Below are positions 1-10,188 of a DNA stretch of 64,000 nt, piece by piece. The translations under genes and the position numbers were made by a program. Position 1 is the stretch's first letter, and each line of letters begins with the position of its first letter. A model generated the notes under the pieces. The model saw only the letters and a list, made by a program, of their open reading frames with translations. It was not told where the DNA came from and did not search any database. This stretch comes from Thermoplasmata archaeon (lineage in GTDB: Archaea; Thermoplasmatota; Thermoplasmata; Thermoplasmatales; Thermoplasmataceae), in NCBI GenBank assembly GCA_021797355.1, contig JAJZZX010000001.1, positions 262,523 through 326,522 of the forward strand. Direction: 5' to 3'.

Positions 1-326
1 AGGGTCTGGCTATCCATCCGCCTGTTAATTTCATCCGGTGGAATGATCCTGTAGGAAACTTCTGATGCAATCTTCTGAATATCAAAAAAAAGTCTCTCCC
101 TCGATGCCGGGGAAAGTGTCTTTGAGTCTCGTGCGCCTATGTTTTGCAGAGCTTTGTTGCTGCCACAAACCAATGCCACAACCAGCGGGCCAATAACCGG
201 TCCCCGTCCGGCTTCATCAACACCACAAGCCACCTCTTCATAGGACTCGGCCCCATTTTGCATGCACCAGGTAGCGGTACAAGCGTTAAATTTTATCTCC
301 TATACGCATCACCATATGTTGTAATC

Positions 327-1382
327 ATGAGCTTAGATCACCAGGCTGCTCTCAAGAAGATGAAAGAAAGGGTAGATAGGGAATTAATCGACTACTTTAA
401 CACTACAACCAGCTTAGTATCAGATCCAGTATGCAAGATGGTATATCAGCATATCAAGGATTTCACAATGAACGGCGGAAAAAGGTTGAGGCCCATACTT
501 GTCGTTCTAGGGCACGATCTTTTTGCCCCTTCAGACGAAAGGGTATATCGGGCAGCCATATCAATTGAGCTGACGCAGACCTACCTTCTCATACATGATG
601 ATATAATGGATCAGAGCGAGGTCAGGAGAGGAAAACCAAGCCTGCACGTAGCAGTCCGTAACGAAATCAGCAGAATTACACAAGATGCGAAGCGGATATC
701 AGAGAACATTGCAATAATTGCGGGCGATCTTGCGGATTCCTATGCGCACCAGGCCCTCTTGACGTGCGGGCTTCCACCCCAGGAAACAATGGATGCAAAT
801 CTGGAACTGTCCCGTATCATAGAAATGACTGGTTACGGACAACTTATAGATATAAACTCTTCATATGATGAAGATTTTTCGCAAAGTGACCTCATGAGGC
901 TCCATCTATTAAAAACAGCAAAATATACAATAGAGGGGCCACTTAAAATGGGTGCCCTTCTGAGCGGAACAAAACAGAACATAAAGCCTCTCAGTTACTA
1001 TGGAACCCTGCTTGGAACAGCGTTTCAGCTTCATGATGACATACTTGGGCTCTTTGGAGAAGAGGAAAAAACAGGCAAGTCAATAAAAAGCGATGTGAAC
1101 GAGGGAAAGAAGACGCTTTTAATGCTGAAAGCAATTGAATTAGCCCCGGAAAAAGATTCCATTTTCATAAGGGATTGCCTGAAGTCAGGAAATGTGTCAG
1201 ATAACGATTTCAAGCGTGTTCAGGATATAGTAATGAATAGCGGATCATACGACTATTCTCGGAAACTGATGACCAAAATGATTGAGAAAAGCAGGGAATA
1301 CCTTGGCCAGGTGAACGGTGACGGAAGTATTAAGGAATTCCTGTCTTGGCTTGCCAGCTACATAATAGAAAGATCGAACTAA
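327..1382 (+). CDS. trans-polyprenyl diphosphate synthase (GGPP/GFPP synthase-like, short-chain trans-IPPS)
   Basis: It carries both aspartate-rich motifs, LIHDDIMD (first DDxxD) and FQLHDDILG (second DDxxD). Length is 351 aa from the ATG at 327. The ORF-track start at 144 is a TTG with an implausible low-complexity N-terminus. Confidence 0.8.
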   Translation: MSLDHQAALKKMKERVDRELIDYFNTTTSLVSDPVCKMVYQHIKDFTMNGGKRLRPILVVLGHDLFAPSDERVYRAAISIELTQTYLLIHDDIMDQSEVRRGKPSLHVAVRNEISRITQDAKRISENIAIIAGDLADSYAHQALLTCGLPPQETMDANLELSRIIEMTGYGQLIDINSSYDEDFSQSDLMRLHLLKTAKYTIEGPLKMGALLSGTKQNIKPLSYYGTLLGTAFQLHDDILGLFGEEEKTGKSIKSDVNEGKKTLLMLKAIELAPEKDSIFIRDCLKSGNVSDNDFKRVQDIVMNSGSYDYSRKLMTKMIEKSREYLGQVNGDGSIKEFLSWLASYIIERSN

Positions 1383-2185
1383 TATCTTGGGCGATGTTTC
1401 TCGTACATTTCCCTTAGAGCATTCTCATCTATGTGTGTGTAGATCTCCGTTGTGTTAAGGCTTGCATGGCCAAGTATCTGCTGGATGAACCTAATATCAC
1501 CGCCATTCCTCAACACTGCGGTTGCAAAAGTATGCCTCAGTACATGTGGAGTCACGTGTTTCTGTATTCCAGATTTTCTGGCCAATTCCCTGACCATCCT
1601 CTCAATTGATGATGGATCATAGGCTCTCTTCCTATTGCTCAGAATCAGATAGGGGGAATCAGTTTCAATGACATTTCTTCGCTTCAGGTAATCAGACAAT
1701 ATTCCTGCTGTTGTTTCAGGGATCACGACAATTCGATCCTTGTCGCCCTTCCCTGACTTTATATGCAGTATCCTCTCTTCGAGATCAATATCAGTAAGTC
1801 TTATTTTGCAAAGTTCACCAACTCGTATACCGGTATTGGCGAGTAAGGAAACAATAAGGTGTGCTCTCAGATCGTCCATTGATGCATTCAACAATGTGGA
1901 CATCTCTCTCTCAGTCAGATATGTAGGCATCTTCTTTGATCTTCTGGGCGGTACAAGGTTCTTCGGTACTGCAATTTCAAGACTTCTGAAGAGATGCTTG
2001 ATAGCTTTTATGGCAAGATACTGGCTGCTTTTTGAGTACCCCTTCTCGCTGGCAAGGTAGGTCTTGAAATCTTCAATGTCTTGGGGCGTGCACTTGGCTA
2101 GTGGCTTACCCAAGAAGTTCATGAAAACAGTTGCCAGGAATTTATACTCCTTTACTGTATAGGCACTTTTCCGTTCTCCTACCAT
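1379..2185 (-). CDS. xerA: tyrosine recombinase XerA-like (XerC/XerD family)
   Basis: The C-terminal catalytic box HVLRHTFATAVL...GHASLNTTEIYTHI gives the R..HxxR..Y signature. The first ATG is at 2185; the track start at 2227 is a TTG. It overlaps the stop of the upstream gene by 4 nt. Confidence 0.8.
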   Translation of the reverse strand: MVGERKSAYTVKEYKFLATVFMNFLGKPLAKCTPQDIEDFKTYLASEKGYSKSSQYLAIKAIKHLFRSLEIAVPKNLVPPRRSKKMPTYLTEREMSTLLNASMDDLRAHLIVSLLANTGIRVGELCKIRLTDIDLEERILHIKSGKGDKDRIVVIPETTAGILSDYLKRRNVIETDSPYLILSNRKRAYDPSSIERMVRELARKSGIQKHVTPHVLRHTFATAVLRNGGDIRFIQQILGHASLNTTEIYTHIDENALREMYEKHRPRY

Positions 2186-2476
2186 AATGGATTGGAATTT
2201 ATCAATTTCATCGGACTTTGGTGTCAATAAACTATGAAAATATGGAGAGATAAAAAGTCTGGCATTTCATATGCAGGGACAGGTAAGCTGCATGAAACTT
2301 TGCCTGCTCACCAGAGATTTCCGGCTGTAACGGTTTTTTGATGTGGTAATTCTTTATTTAAAATAAGAGTATTTCTATCACAGTGTCTCTCATCTTATTT
2401 CGCCGATGTTTAAGATAAATATGTTTCTAACAGGTTATAATGTAATTATAAATAATCTCAGCAATTGTTTATTCCC

Positions 2477-3844
2477 ATGGTGGAACAGAACAAAGGTGTC
2501 CAGGATAGAGAAAACATAGCCGGGAGGCTTGAACGACTTCCCTTTAGCAGCTTCCACGTCAAGTTCGCCCTAATGCTAACCAGCGGTGAGTGGGCTGAAA
2601 GCCTTATGCTGCTTGGAAATGGGGCAATTCTTGGCCTGGTGGCAGCATATTACGGACTGGGTGGAAATCTGAAAGCCTATGCATTTCCGGCATTCTTCTT
2701 TGCTGGTGAATTCATAGGTTCAATAGCGTTTGGAAGGTTGGCAGATGCAAGAGGCAGAAGGGCGGTCTTCCTGATTAACCAGTTAATATTCGGGCTGGGG
2801 ATGATTTTGGCTGGCTTTATGAATAGCTGGCAGCTCATCGGGGTATTCGTTCTCGTTGGCGGAATAGGCGTGGGCGGAGAATTTCCGCTTGTTGACAGCT
2901 ATGGGACCGAAGTATTTACAGGAAAAAACAGAGGCGCCTGGCTTGCCCTCATATACACAATAGCGGTGACATCAGCACCTCTAATCGTGTACATAACTTC
3001 ACTCACATCCCACCTTGGTTACTATTCCTTTAGAATCCCACTATGGTTCATGGGCGCATCTGGTATAGTGGTGTGGCTCATAAGGTTCCGCCTCAAGGAA
3101 TCGCCCAGATGGCTGGCGAACCATGGAAAGCTGGAAGAAGCCGAAAAGATGATGGACAGCATCGAAGAGGAGGTTAAGAGGAGTGCTAAATTGAAGGAAC
3201 TTCCACCAGTTACAGATACTCTGGAAGTGCCTGTAAGGGTCTCGAAATACAAGGATATATTCGCTCCTGACGTGAGAAAGACTACAATAATGATGGCAAT
3301 ATTCATGTTCTTCCAGTCTGGAATATTCTACGGTTTTGTTACATTTGCTCCTGGTCTTGTATCGGTTAGCTATCCAAAGAGTGATCCTCTTGGCGCTGCA
3401 GCTGTTATATTCTCAGGCTTTGTCTTTGGAAGTATCTTTAACATATTCATAATAGACAGAATTGAGAGAAAGTGGGGCATAATCCTTTTCGCTGTGCTTG
3501 GAGGAATATTCGGAACGTTCTTCGCCGTCATTCATGGATTGGATGAAGCGGTAATATTTGGTTTTCTGACAGCATTCATGCTCTGGAACTTCTCAAATTT
3601 CCTGCACCAGTACAACGCTGAAATTTTCCCCACAAGAGTCAGAACAACAGCAGCCGGTTTTGTCTATTCCATAAGCAGGATCTCCACAACCATATTGGTG
3701 CTGTTCATAGCTTTCTTCATAGGGTCACACAATGCAGTAGGAATCTTCGCATTCGTATGGGTGCTGGTTGTCTTAGTATCTCTGGTTCTCATACTGCTCG
3801 GGCCAAAGAGCACAAGAAGATATGTGGAGCAGATAGCTAACTGA
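2477..3844 (+). CDS. MFS transporter
   Basis: About 12 predicted TM helices and the MFS loop motif GRLADARGRR between TM2 and TM3. The first ATG is at 2477; the track start at 2465 is TTG. Confidence 0.75.
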   Translation: MVEQNKGVQDRENIAGRLERLPFSSFHVKFALMLTSGEWAESLMLLGNGAILGLVAAYYGLGGNLKAYAFPAFFFAGEFIGSIAFGRLADARGRRAVFLINQLIFGLGMILAGFMNSWQLIGVFVLVGGIGVGGEFPLVDSYGTEVFTGKNRGAWLALIYTIAVTSAPLIVYITSLTSHLGYYSFRIPLWFMGASGIVVWLIRFRLKESPRWLANHGKLEEAEKMMDSIEEEVKRSAKLKELPPVTDTLEVPVRVSKYKDIFAPDVRKTTIMMAIFMFFQSGIFYGFVTFAPGLVSVSYPKSDPLGAAAVIFSGFVFGSIFNIFIIDRIERKWGIILFAVLGGIFGTFFAVIHGLDEAVIFGFLTAFMLWNFSNFLHQYNAEIFPTRVRTTAAGFVYSISRISTTILVLFIAFFIGSHNAVGIFAFVWVLVVLVSLVLILLGPKSTRRYVEQIAN

Positions 3845-3933
3845 TTTACAAACTCGACCCCCAATTATTTCTATATTTTTTCTTCTTTACTGTTCATAAA
3901 TATTAATTATAACCCTTAGATTGATTATGATCT

Positions 3934-4911
3934 ATGAAGGCAATAACTGTTGGACCCAAATTTGGAATCAATGAGGTTAGGATCACAAATGTGGAAAGGC
4001 CTGAATCAGATGACTCACAGGTCCTGGTAAAGGTAACTCATGCAGGACTTAACCCGCTTGACTATAACCTGATTAATGGGAATATAGTTTACAACCTCAA
4101 ACCTGTTCCGCACATACCCGGATCAGAAATTATTGGCACAGTGGAGAGCAGTAGGGGAGATTTCAGGAAGGGCCAGAGGGTACTCGTTTACAACCGTGTA
4201 TTTGACGGTACGTGTGAAAGGTGCAGGTCTCATCAGGAACATCTTTGCCTTAACGGTGGTATTTGGGGAGTAGTGACAAATGGTGGATATGCTGAATATG
4301 TTTCTATCCCTGAAAAAAATCTTGTACCAATTCCAGACAATCTGGACAACGAGACTGCTGTTAGCATACCAATCGGCGCTCTAACTGCCTACCGGGCTCT
4401 GAAGAGGGGTGGCGCAGCGGCTGGCAGTAGCATACTAATTTACGGGGCTTCAGGTAATACCGGAATATTTGCCATACAGCTGGCGAGGCTAATGGGATTA
4501 ACAGTTTATGCAGTATCCAGAAAGAACTGGCTGGAGGAATATGGGGCTAATAAGGTCTTCAATCCCGGGAATGTCCAGGATGGTCTGGCAGCTGATATCG
4601 TGATAAATTCCCTAGGATCACAATTCTGGGAGGATTCCCTGAAACATCTCAACATTGGCGGAAAGCTTGTTACATTCGGTGTCCTAACTGGAAGGGAAGC
4701 AGCAATAAACATTGCTTCGCTGTACACTAGAGAATTATCTATAATCGGATCAACTGGAGGGGACCTCAAGGACCTGACAGAACTGATGAGGCTTTTCGAA
4801 ACACACAAGTTCAGGGTCCCTGTTGCGAAGAAATTCAACCTTAACGAGATTTCTTCGGCACTGGATGAATATTCCCGGATTAGGGATGGCAGAATAATAA
4901 TAGAAATCTGA
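3934..4911 (+). CDS. medium-chain dehydrogenase/reductase, quinone-oxidoreductase-like (zinc-ADH superfamily)
   Basis: GroES-like N-domain followed by the Rossmann motif GASGNTGIFAIQLA. It lacks the catalytic Cys/His zinc ligands of true ADHs and has HAGLNPLD instead. Confidence 0.7.
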   Translation: MKAITVGPKFGINEVRITNVERPESDDSQVLVKVTHAGLNPLDYNLINGNIVYNLKPVPHIPGSEIIGTVESSRGDFRKGQRVLVYNRVFDGTCERCRSHQEHLCLNGGIWGVVTNGGYAEYVSIPEKNLVPIPDNLDNETAVSIPIGALTAYRALKRGGAAAGSSILIYGASGNTGIFAIQLARLMGLTVYAVSRKNWLEEYGANKVFNPGNVQDGLAADIVINSLGSQFWEDSLKHLNIGGKLVTFGVLTGREAAINIASLYTRELSIIGSTGGDLKDLTELMRLFETHKFRVPVAKKFNLNEISSALDEYSRIRDGRIIIEI

Positions 4912-4914
4912 GCA

Positions 4915-5562
4915 TTATCTGCCCATTTCCTTCAGGATTCCTATCCTTTCAGCGATATTCCCTGAAAATATGTATGAAGCGGATACGAGGATGTCAGCTC
5001 CTGCTTCCGCACAAAGACTTCCAGTCTCATCATTTATGCCGCCGTCAACCTCTATCTCTACTTTCAGTTTTTTTTCAGTTATGTAATTCTTTGCCCTGCG
5101 AATCTTATCAATAGTTGCAGGTATGAACTTCTGCCCAGAGAATCCCGGGTGAACAGACATTATGAGCAGTATGCGGGCATCTTCCAGATACGGGATGGCA
5201 TGCTCCAGCGGAGTTTCCGGATTGACAACAATTCCAAAATCACCACCAGCAGACGTGATGTCTGTGTGGAGTTTCTTGAAATCAACCAGACATTCTGCAT
5301 GAACAAGAAGTGTATCTGCGCCTGCATCTAGAAAAGGCCCATAATACTTGTCAGGCCTATCAATCATGAGGTGCGCCTCCAGTTTTTTCTTGGTGTTTCT
5401 CCTTACAGCCTTTACAAGATCCGGCCCCATTGTGAGATTTGGGACAAAATGCCCATCCATAACATCCAGGTGATATGAGTCAACACCTGCCGATTCACAC
5501 TGGAGGATCTCCGTAGCCAGGTGTTCAAGCTTTGCCGAGATTATTGATGGTGATACCTTCAT
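4915..5562 (-). CDS. rpe: ribulose-phosphate 3-epimerase
   Basis: N-terminus MKVSPSIISA...HLDVMDGHFVPNLTMGP is the RPE signature. The ATG is at 5562; the track start at 5586 is TTG. Confidence 0.85.
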   Translation of the reverse strand: MKVSPSIISAKLEHLATEILQCESAGVDSYHLDVMDGHFVPNLTMGPDLVKAVRRNTKKKLEAHLMIDRPDKYYGPFLDAGADTLLVHAECLVDFKKLHTDITSAGGDFGIVVNPETPLEHAIPYLEDARILLIMSVHPGFSGQKFIPATIDKIRRAKNYITEKKLKVEIEVDGGINDETGSLCAEAGADILVSASYIFSGNIAERIGILKEMGR

Positions 5563-5609
5563 GTAGACCAGATGATAGTGCCACAAAGCATTTTATTATT
5601 TCTCCAGCG

Positions 5610-6284
5610 CTATCTGAAAACCATGCTGAGCACTTTCCTCTCGGCATTCCTAAGATGATACAGGACAGTTGGCTTCTTTATCTTGAACCTGCCAGATATG
5701 TCATCAAGATTATATTCTCTCGGCCACTGATAATAGCCATTGCTGATTGCAGACCTCAAAATTTCAAATTCCATTGTGGTCAGCTGCCCATAAAGTGGAA
5801 CAAAATTTCTGTTCATTAATGCAGCAAAATCCTCCTGACCCATCCTGGAGATGGTGAAATCTTCAACATGGTTCCTCTTCTTTTCAATGCTTTGAAGTAT
5901 CAATTCCCCTGCATCCCTGCTCTGTACAATACAGGAAACATTTTCAATCCCTGATCCGATGACAACTGGGAATACGGGTATGCCGCCATTCTCGATTATG
6001 GAATATGTGATTCCGTGGCCTTTTTTCAGGGAATTCATCACAATGAATTTTCCCACCCCGGATATTGTCCGGTTGATGAAATCGTTGGCCTGAAAATCGA
6101 GCTGTTCATTCTTTAATGGTGTCTTTGCATATGAAAATACTAGATTCTGCCCCTTCGAAAGAGGATTAACATATGTGACGTTAACAGTGGACTCTAGAAA
6201 ATCCGCAAATTGGGAAAGCCCACAGTTGCTGTTTATCTTTATGTCACAGTAAAACATGTCCATAATGTAAAACAAGGTTGCCAT
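5610..6284 (-). CDS. transcription regulator with C-terminal HTH_10 (bacterio-opsin-activator-type) DNA-binding domain
   Basis: The C-terminal segment LTTMEFEILRSAISNGYYQWPREYNLDDISGRFKIKKPTVLYHLRNAERKVL matches the HTH_10 pattern (..EL...LGIS.STV..HLR.AE.KL). The N-terminal 150 aa have no recognisable domain. Confidence 0.5.
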   Translation of the reverse strand: MATLFYIMDMFYCDIKINSNCGLSQFADFLESTVNVTYVNPLSKGQNLVFSYAKTPLKNEQLDFQANDFINRTISGVGKFIVMNSLKKGHGITYSIIENGGIPVFPVVIGSGIENVSCIVQSRDAGELILQSIEKKRNHVEDFTISRMGQEDFAALMNRNFVPLYGQLTTMEFEILRSAISNGYYQWPREYNLDDISGRFKIKKPTVLYHLRNAERKVLSMVFR

Positions 6285-6397
6285 TATACATTTCGGTATA
6301 TTCCCGATTTGACATTATGGCAGATTGGAAAGCAAGAAGCGAAAATATATCGGGGGATGGTACATAGCATTCATCTAAGGAAAAAGGAAGCACTGTA

Positions 6398-7525
6398 TTA
6401 GATGACTCCACGTTTCCTTAAGTCCGAAATTGCATCGGAACTATAACCAATTTCATGCAAAATCTGATCAGTGTCCTGTCCAAGTGAAGGAGGATTGCTT
6501 CTCAGTAAACCGCCAAATGGTGATACCGGTACCCTGATTTTCCTATTCTGATAAACTTCGTTTACCATCTTGGGAGAAGCATGAGGATCAGAGAGCATAT
6601 CCCAGGGTCTGTTAAGAACTGCAAAGGCTATATTCATCCTTTCAAGCTTTTCAATGAGTTGAGACATCCTCATTTCAGCGGTTCTGGAGGCAATCAAACT
6701 GTGCAGCATGTCTCTCTTCTCGAACCTTTGCTCGTTCCTTGCAAGTTCAGGGTCTTCACATACCCCTAGGTCAAGGCCTTTGCAGAAATCTCTCCATTGG
6801 TTATCGGTTGTAACGGCAATGAATACCTGCTTCCCCTCTGCTGTTGGGAAAAAGTCATATATGGCCCAGGCGAACCCCTCCTCATTAAGGGGCTTAAGTT
6901 CCCTGCCATTTAACTGATATGTTGTTATGTGCTGCCCCATAAGGAAAACAGCACTTTCAAAGAGGCCTATGTCTATGTGTTTCCCTCTGCCCGTAGAGTT
7001 TCGTTCCAACATCGCATTCAGAACTGCTATCACCCCAAACATGGCCGAACTCATATCCACCAGTGATCCGCCTACTCGCATGGGCTTTCCCGAAAGCCCC
7101 GTCATGTAAGCAAGCCCGGAATGTACCTCAATGGGGTAATCCAGCGATTTCCTCCTCTCATAGACACCGCTTCCATAGCCTTTCATTGAGAGGTATATTA
7201 TTTTCGGGTTTCTGCTGGAAATAACTTCATATGAAAGCCCAAGCCTGCTCATTGCCCCGTATCCAAGGTTGTCAATTATTATATCTGACCTCTCAGCTAA
7301 TTCTATGAAGATCTTCTTTCCATCATCCGTAGACATATCGACAGTCAGGCTTTTCTTGTTCCGGTTATAAAATGGAAAAGCTCCAGAGCTGGATCCTGTT
7401 AGCCTTCTGGCGATATCGCCGTCTCCAGGTTTCTCAATTTTAATGACATCGTAGCCAAGATCGGATAATATGAGCCCCGCGGTGGGCCCGGCTACAATGT
7501 GTCCTATTTCAAGAACTGTCGTCAA
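6398..7525 (-). CDS. family III CoA-transferase (CaiB/BaiF/Frc family)
   Basis: N-terminus ...LEIGHIVAGPTAGLILSDLGYDVIKIEKPGDGD matches the family-III motif (VLDLS...AGP.....LADLGA.VIKVE). It is about 375 aa. The start appears to be TTG, overlapping the TGA of the upstream lyase as TTGA. Confidence 0.8.
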   Translation of the reverse strand: MTTVLEIGHIVAGPTAGLILSDLGYDVIKIEKPGDGDIARRLTGSSSGAFPFYNRNKKSLTVDMSTDDGKKIFIELAERSDIIIDNLGYGAMSRLGLSYEVISSRNPKIIYLSMKGYGSGVYERRKSLDYPIEVHSGLAYMTGLSGKPMRVGGSLVDMSSAMFGVIAVLNAMLERNSTGRGKHIDIGLFESAVFLMGQHITTYQLNGRELKPLNEEGFAWAIYDFFPTAEGKQVFIAVTTDNQWRDFCKGLDLGVCEDPELARNEQRFEKRDMLHSLIASRTAEMRMSQLIEKLERMNIAFAVLNRPWDMLSDPHASPKMVNEVYQNRKIRVPVSPFGGLLRSNPPSLGQDTDQILHEIGYSSDAISDLRKRGVI

Positions 7526-8559
7526 AGAAATTCCTCCGCAATTTTCAGAATCCTGTCTACAGTTACGACTCTTCCAGTTTCTACAGACTCGTTCTTGACT
7601 TCCTCAACAATCATGGGCAGCTTCTCATCAGGCAGATCCTTTCCCGAGGTCCTGAGTATGTCCCTTATCATTGCCTTCCCGGTGTAAACATTAACCGATA
7701 CGCCACCGCCTAAGAATACATCAGAATAGGCTGCATGCGTCCCCGCCGTGTTAATGCCGGTATTTTTCCCAAAAACTGGCCTGTTGTCTATGAAGAAATC
7801 CTTTCCGATCTTTTCAAGTATGAGGTTAATCATGTAGTCATAGACACCCTTGATTTTATCAATATTGATACCAGTGTCGATTCCCTCAGTCTTCAATAAG
7901 CTGGCAACCGAGGCCAGGTCTGCAATACCATTTCTCTCCCCTAGGCCAAGGACTGTTGTGTCAATATGGTCGGCTCCAGCCTCATATCCAGCTAGCGTAT
8001 TCGCTACTGAACCACCAAGATCATTATGGCAGTGAACCTCCACATCAACATCAAAGGAAGACTTGACCTTGCGGATAATAGACCTGATTCTTGCAGGGTT
8101 TCCCGATCCAGTAGTGTCGGGAAGCTGCACTACATTGGCTCCGGCTTCTACCACCATTCGTGTCAGATCCATTATCTCCTTGTCAGAGTGGTGTATTACG
8201 TCTACCACAGCTACTTCAAGTATTCTTCCCTTTCTGGATGCATACCTTATGGCATCTGAAACCTGATCGAGCTTCTCTAACCTGAAGGGGAAATGGAGTG
8301 ATATGTTTGATCCGGTCTCGAATATGGCATCAATGTCGGAAGGAACTGTGCGGCCAAGTGTAAAGGTCTCAGAAAACAGTCCAGATTCAACAATTTTCTT
8401 TGCTGTGTAAAATTCTGAGGAATGTGCCGATGGATAGGCAACTAATGCCCTCTTTATTCCCGCTTCTGACAGCAGGCGTGCAAGCCTAAGCTTTTCATCA
8501 ACGGTATAAGATAGTCCCGGGGTCTGTAGCCCCTCCCTTAGTGTGTCGTCGGTTATCAT
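7522..8559 (-). CDS. HMGL-like DRE-TIM metallolyase (HMG-CoA lyase / citramalyl-CoA lyase / 4-hydroxy-2-oxovalerate aldolase family)
   Basis: N-terminal ITDDTLREGLQ matches the DxxLRDG motif of the family. The internal HCHNDLGGSVANTLAGYEAGADHIDTTVLGLGERNG is the HMGL-like signature. It is about 345 aa with no LeuA-type C-terminal regulatory domain. Confidence 0.75.
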   Translation of the reverse strand: MITDDTLREGLQTPGLSYTVDEKLRLARLLSEAGIKRALVAYPSAHSSEFYTAKKIVESGLFSETFTLGRTVPSDIDAIFETGSNISLHFPFRLEKLDQVSDAIRYASRKGRILEVAVVDVIHHSDKEIMDLTRMVVEAGANVVQLPDTTGSGNPARIRSIIRKVKSSFDVDVEVHCHNDLGGSVANTLAGYEAGADHIDTTVLGLGERNGIADLASVASLLKTEGIDTGINIDKIKGVYDYMINLILEKIGKDFFIDNRPVFGKNTGINTAGTHAAYSDVFLGGGVSVNVYTGKAMIRDILRTSGKDLPDEKLPMIVEEVKNESVETGRVVTVDRILKIAEEFL

Positions 8560-8562
8560 CAA

Positions 8563-8769
8563 GGATTTGATTGTTCCAGGCTATATTAATAAAATATCTA
8601 ATCAGTTAAATTCTTAACCGACTGAATTGTGGAATCAAGAAATTCACAAAATCCCTTCAGGTAAATGAAATAACTGAATTAAAGGAACAGTGCCTATTGA
8701 TCTCATGATGCTTGACCCTGTAATGTTAGCAGAAATATCATTATGATTGGGATTTTTTGAAAAACATTA
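8563..8769. promoter_or_regulatory. divergent promoter region between the lyase/CoA-transferase operon (minus) and tcuAB (plus)
   Basis: 207-nt AT-rich spacer. TATA-like TTTTATTAATATA (reverse complement of 8582-8597) sits about 25 nt upstream of the lyase ATG, which implies a leaderless mRNA. Confidence 0.3.
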
Positions 8770-10188
8770 ATGCGTTTACCTGCCATTTCAGACCTGAAAA
8801 TGTTGGATATTTCAAATTCAGATCAGGTCATTGTAATCGGAGGTGGCAACGCCGCACTCTGTGCAGCTATGACAGCTGCTGAGTCAGGATCAGAGGTGCT
8901 TATGGTCGAGAGCGCACCGAAGCCGCTTCGTGGGGGAAACACAAAATATACAAGGGACATTCGATACATGCATGATGAAGATGTTTTTACCGGAGGCTCA
9001 TACCAGTTTCAGGAATTTTTTGACGATCTGCTAAAGGTTTCAGGCGAAGTAACAGACCTGCAAATGGCCGAATTTACCATAAGAAATTCAACAGACATAC
9101 CCCAGTGGATGTCAGATCATGGCATAATATTCAAGAAGGAGATACAGGGAACTCTCAGCCTTAAAAGAACAAACGTTTTCTTTATGGGTGGGGGGAAGGC
9201 ACTGATCAATAGTTATTATGATAGAGCTGAGAAGCTTGGGATCAGGACACTTTATGAAACTACGGCCACAAAAGTATTGGTCAGTGACGGGGTATTCGAA
9301 GGCGTAATATTGAAGACCCAAAAGGGAGAAATGAAGGTAAGGGGAAAGAGCATAGTGGTGGCTTCCGGTGGATTTGAGGCAAACGCGGAATGGCTATCAA
9401 CCATTTGGGGTGAAAAGACAGATGGATTTCAGGTCAGGGGGTCACGCTTCAATACAGGCCTTCCGCTAAAATCTCTGATAAATGCTGGCGCCCAGACAGC
9501 TGGCGATCCAAGGGGAGGGCACATGGTAGCAGTGGATGCCAGAGGACCAAAATTTGATGGTGGAATAGTGACAAGAATAGATGCAATTCCCTGGGGCATT
9601 GTGGTTAACATTGATGGAATGAGGTTTTACGATGAGGGAGAGGACCTCTGGCCCAAAAGATATGCAATATGGGGCAAGCTAATTGCTGAGCAGAAGGATC
9701 AGAAAGCCTTCGCAATAGTAGATTCAACCATGAGAAGGAAATACATGCCAACTGCGTTTGAGCCCATTGTATCAGATACGCTTGAAGGCCTGGCTGCGAA
9801 GGCGGGTTTCAATGCTGAAAACTTCATTAGGACTATAAAGCAGTATAATGAATCAGCAATGGATTTGGTCAAGGCAGGAATACAACCCGGATCCTTCGAA
9901 GCCTCAGCAAACAACATCGTTCCCAAAAAATCACACTTCTATTCCCCGGTTCAGAAGCCGCCCTTCTTCCTCTACCCATTGAGGCCTGGCCTGACGTTCA
10001 CCTACATGGGTGTAAAGGTGGATAGAGATGCGGCAGTAATTTCACAAAGGGGCAAGATGAGAAATGTTTTTGCTGCCGGGGAGATAATGTCAGGTAATAT
10101 ACTCAGAAGTGGATATCTTGCCGGTTTTGGCTTAACCATTGGCACCGTATTTGGAAGAATAGCAGGAAAGGAGGCCTCTTCCATATGA
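8770..10188 (+). CDS. tcuA: TcuA-like FAD-dependent oxidoreductase (tricarballylate dehydrogenase / fumarate-reductase flavoprotein family)
   Basis: N-terminal dinucleotide fold VIVIGGGNAALCAAMTAAESGSEVLMVE. Length is about 470 aa. It is immediately followed, with an ATGA overlap, by a TcuB-like gene. Confidence 0.65.
   Translation: MRLPAISDLKMLDISNSDQVIVIGGGNAALCAAMTAAESGSEVLMVESAPKPLRGGNTKYTRDIRYMHDEDVFTGGSYQFQEFFDDLLKVSGEVTDLQMAEFTIRNSTDIPQWMSDHGIIFKKEIQGTLSLKRTNVFFMGGGKALINSYYDRAEKLGIRTLYETTATKVLVSDGVFEGVILKTQKGEMKVRGKSIVVASGGFEANAEWLSTIWGEKTDGFQVRGSRFNTGLPLKSLINAGAQTAGDPRGGHMVAVDARGPKFDGGIVTRIDAIPWGIVVNIDGMRFYDEGEDLWPKRYAIWGKLIAEQKDQKAFAIVDSTMRRKYMPTAFEPIVSDTLEGLAAKAGFNAENFIRTIKQYNESAMDLVKAGIQPGSFEASANNIVPKKSHFYSPVQKPPFFLYPLRPGLTFTYMGVKVDRDAAVISQRGKMRNVFAAGEIMSGNILRSGYLAGFGLTIGTVFGRIAGKEASSI

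Noticed and set aside
144-326. N-terminal 61-codon extension of the polyprenyl synthase ORF
   Set aside because: It begins at a TTG and encodes a non-homologous low-complexity peptide. The conserved protein starts at ATG 327.
1379-2227. XerA-like recombinase as the integrase of a mobile element
   Set aside because: No flanking tRNA, direct repeats or phage/plasmid genes are present, and the neighbours are housekeeping. This is most likely the chromosomal dimer-resolution recombinase.
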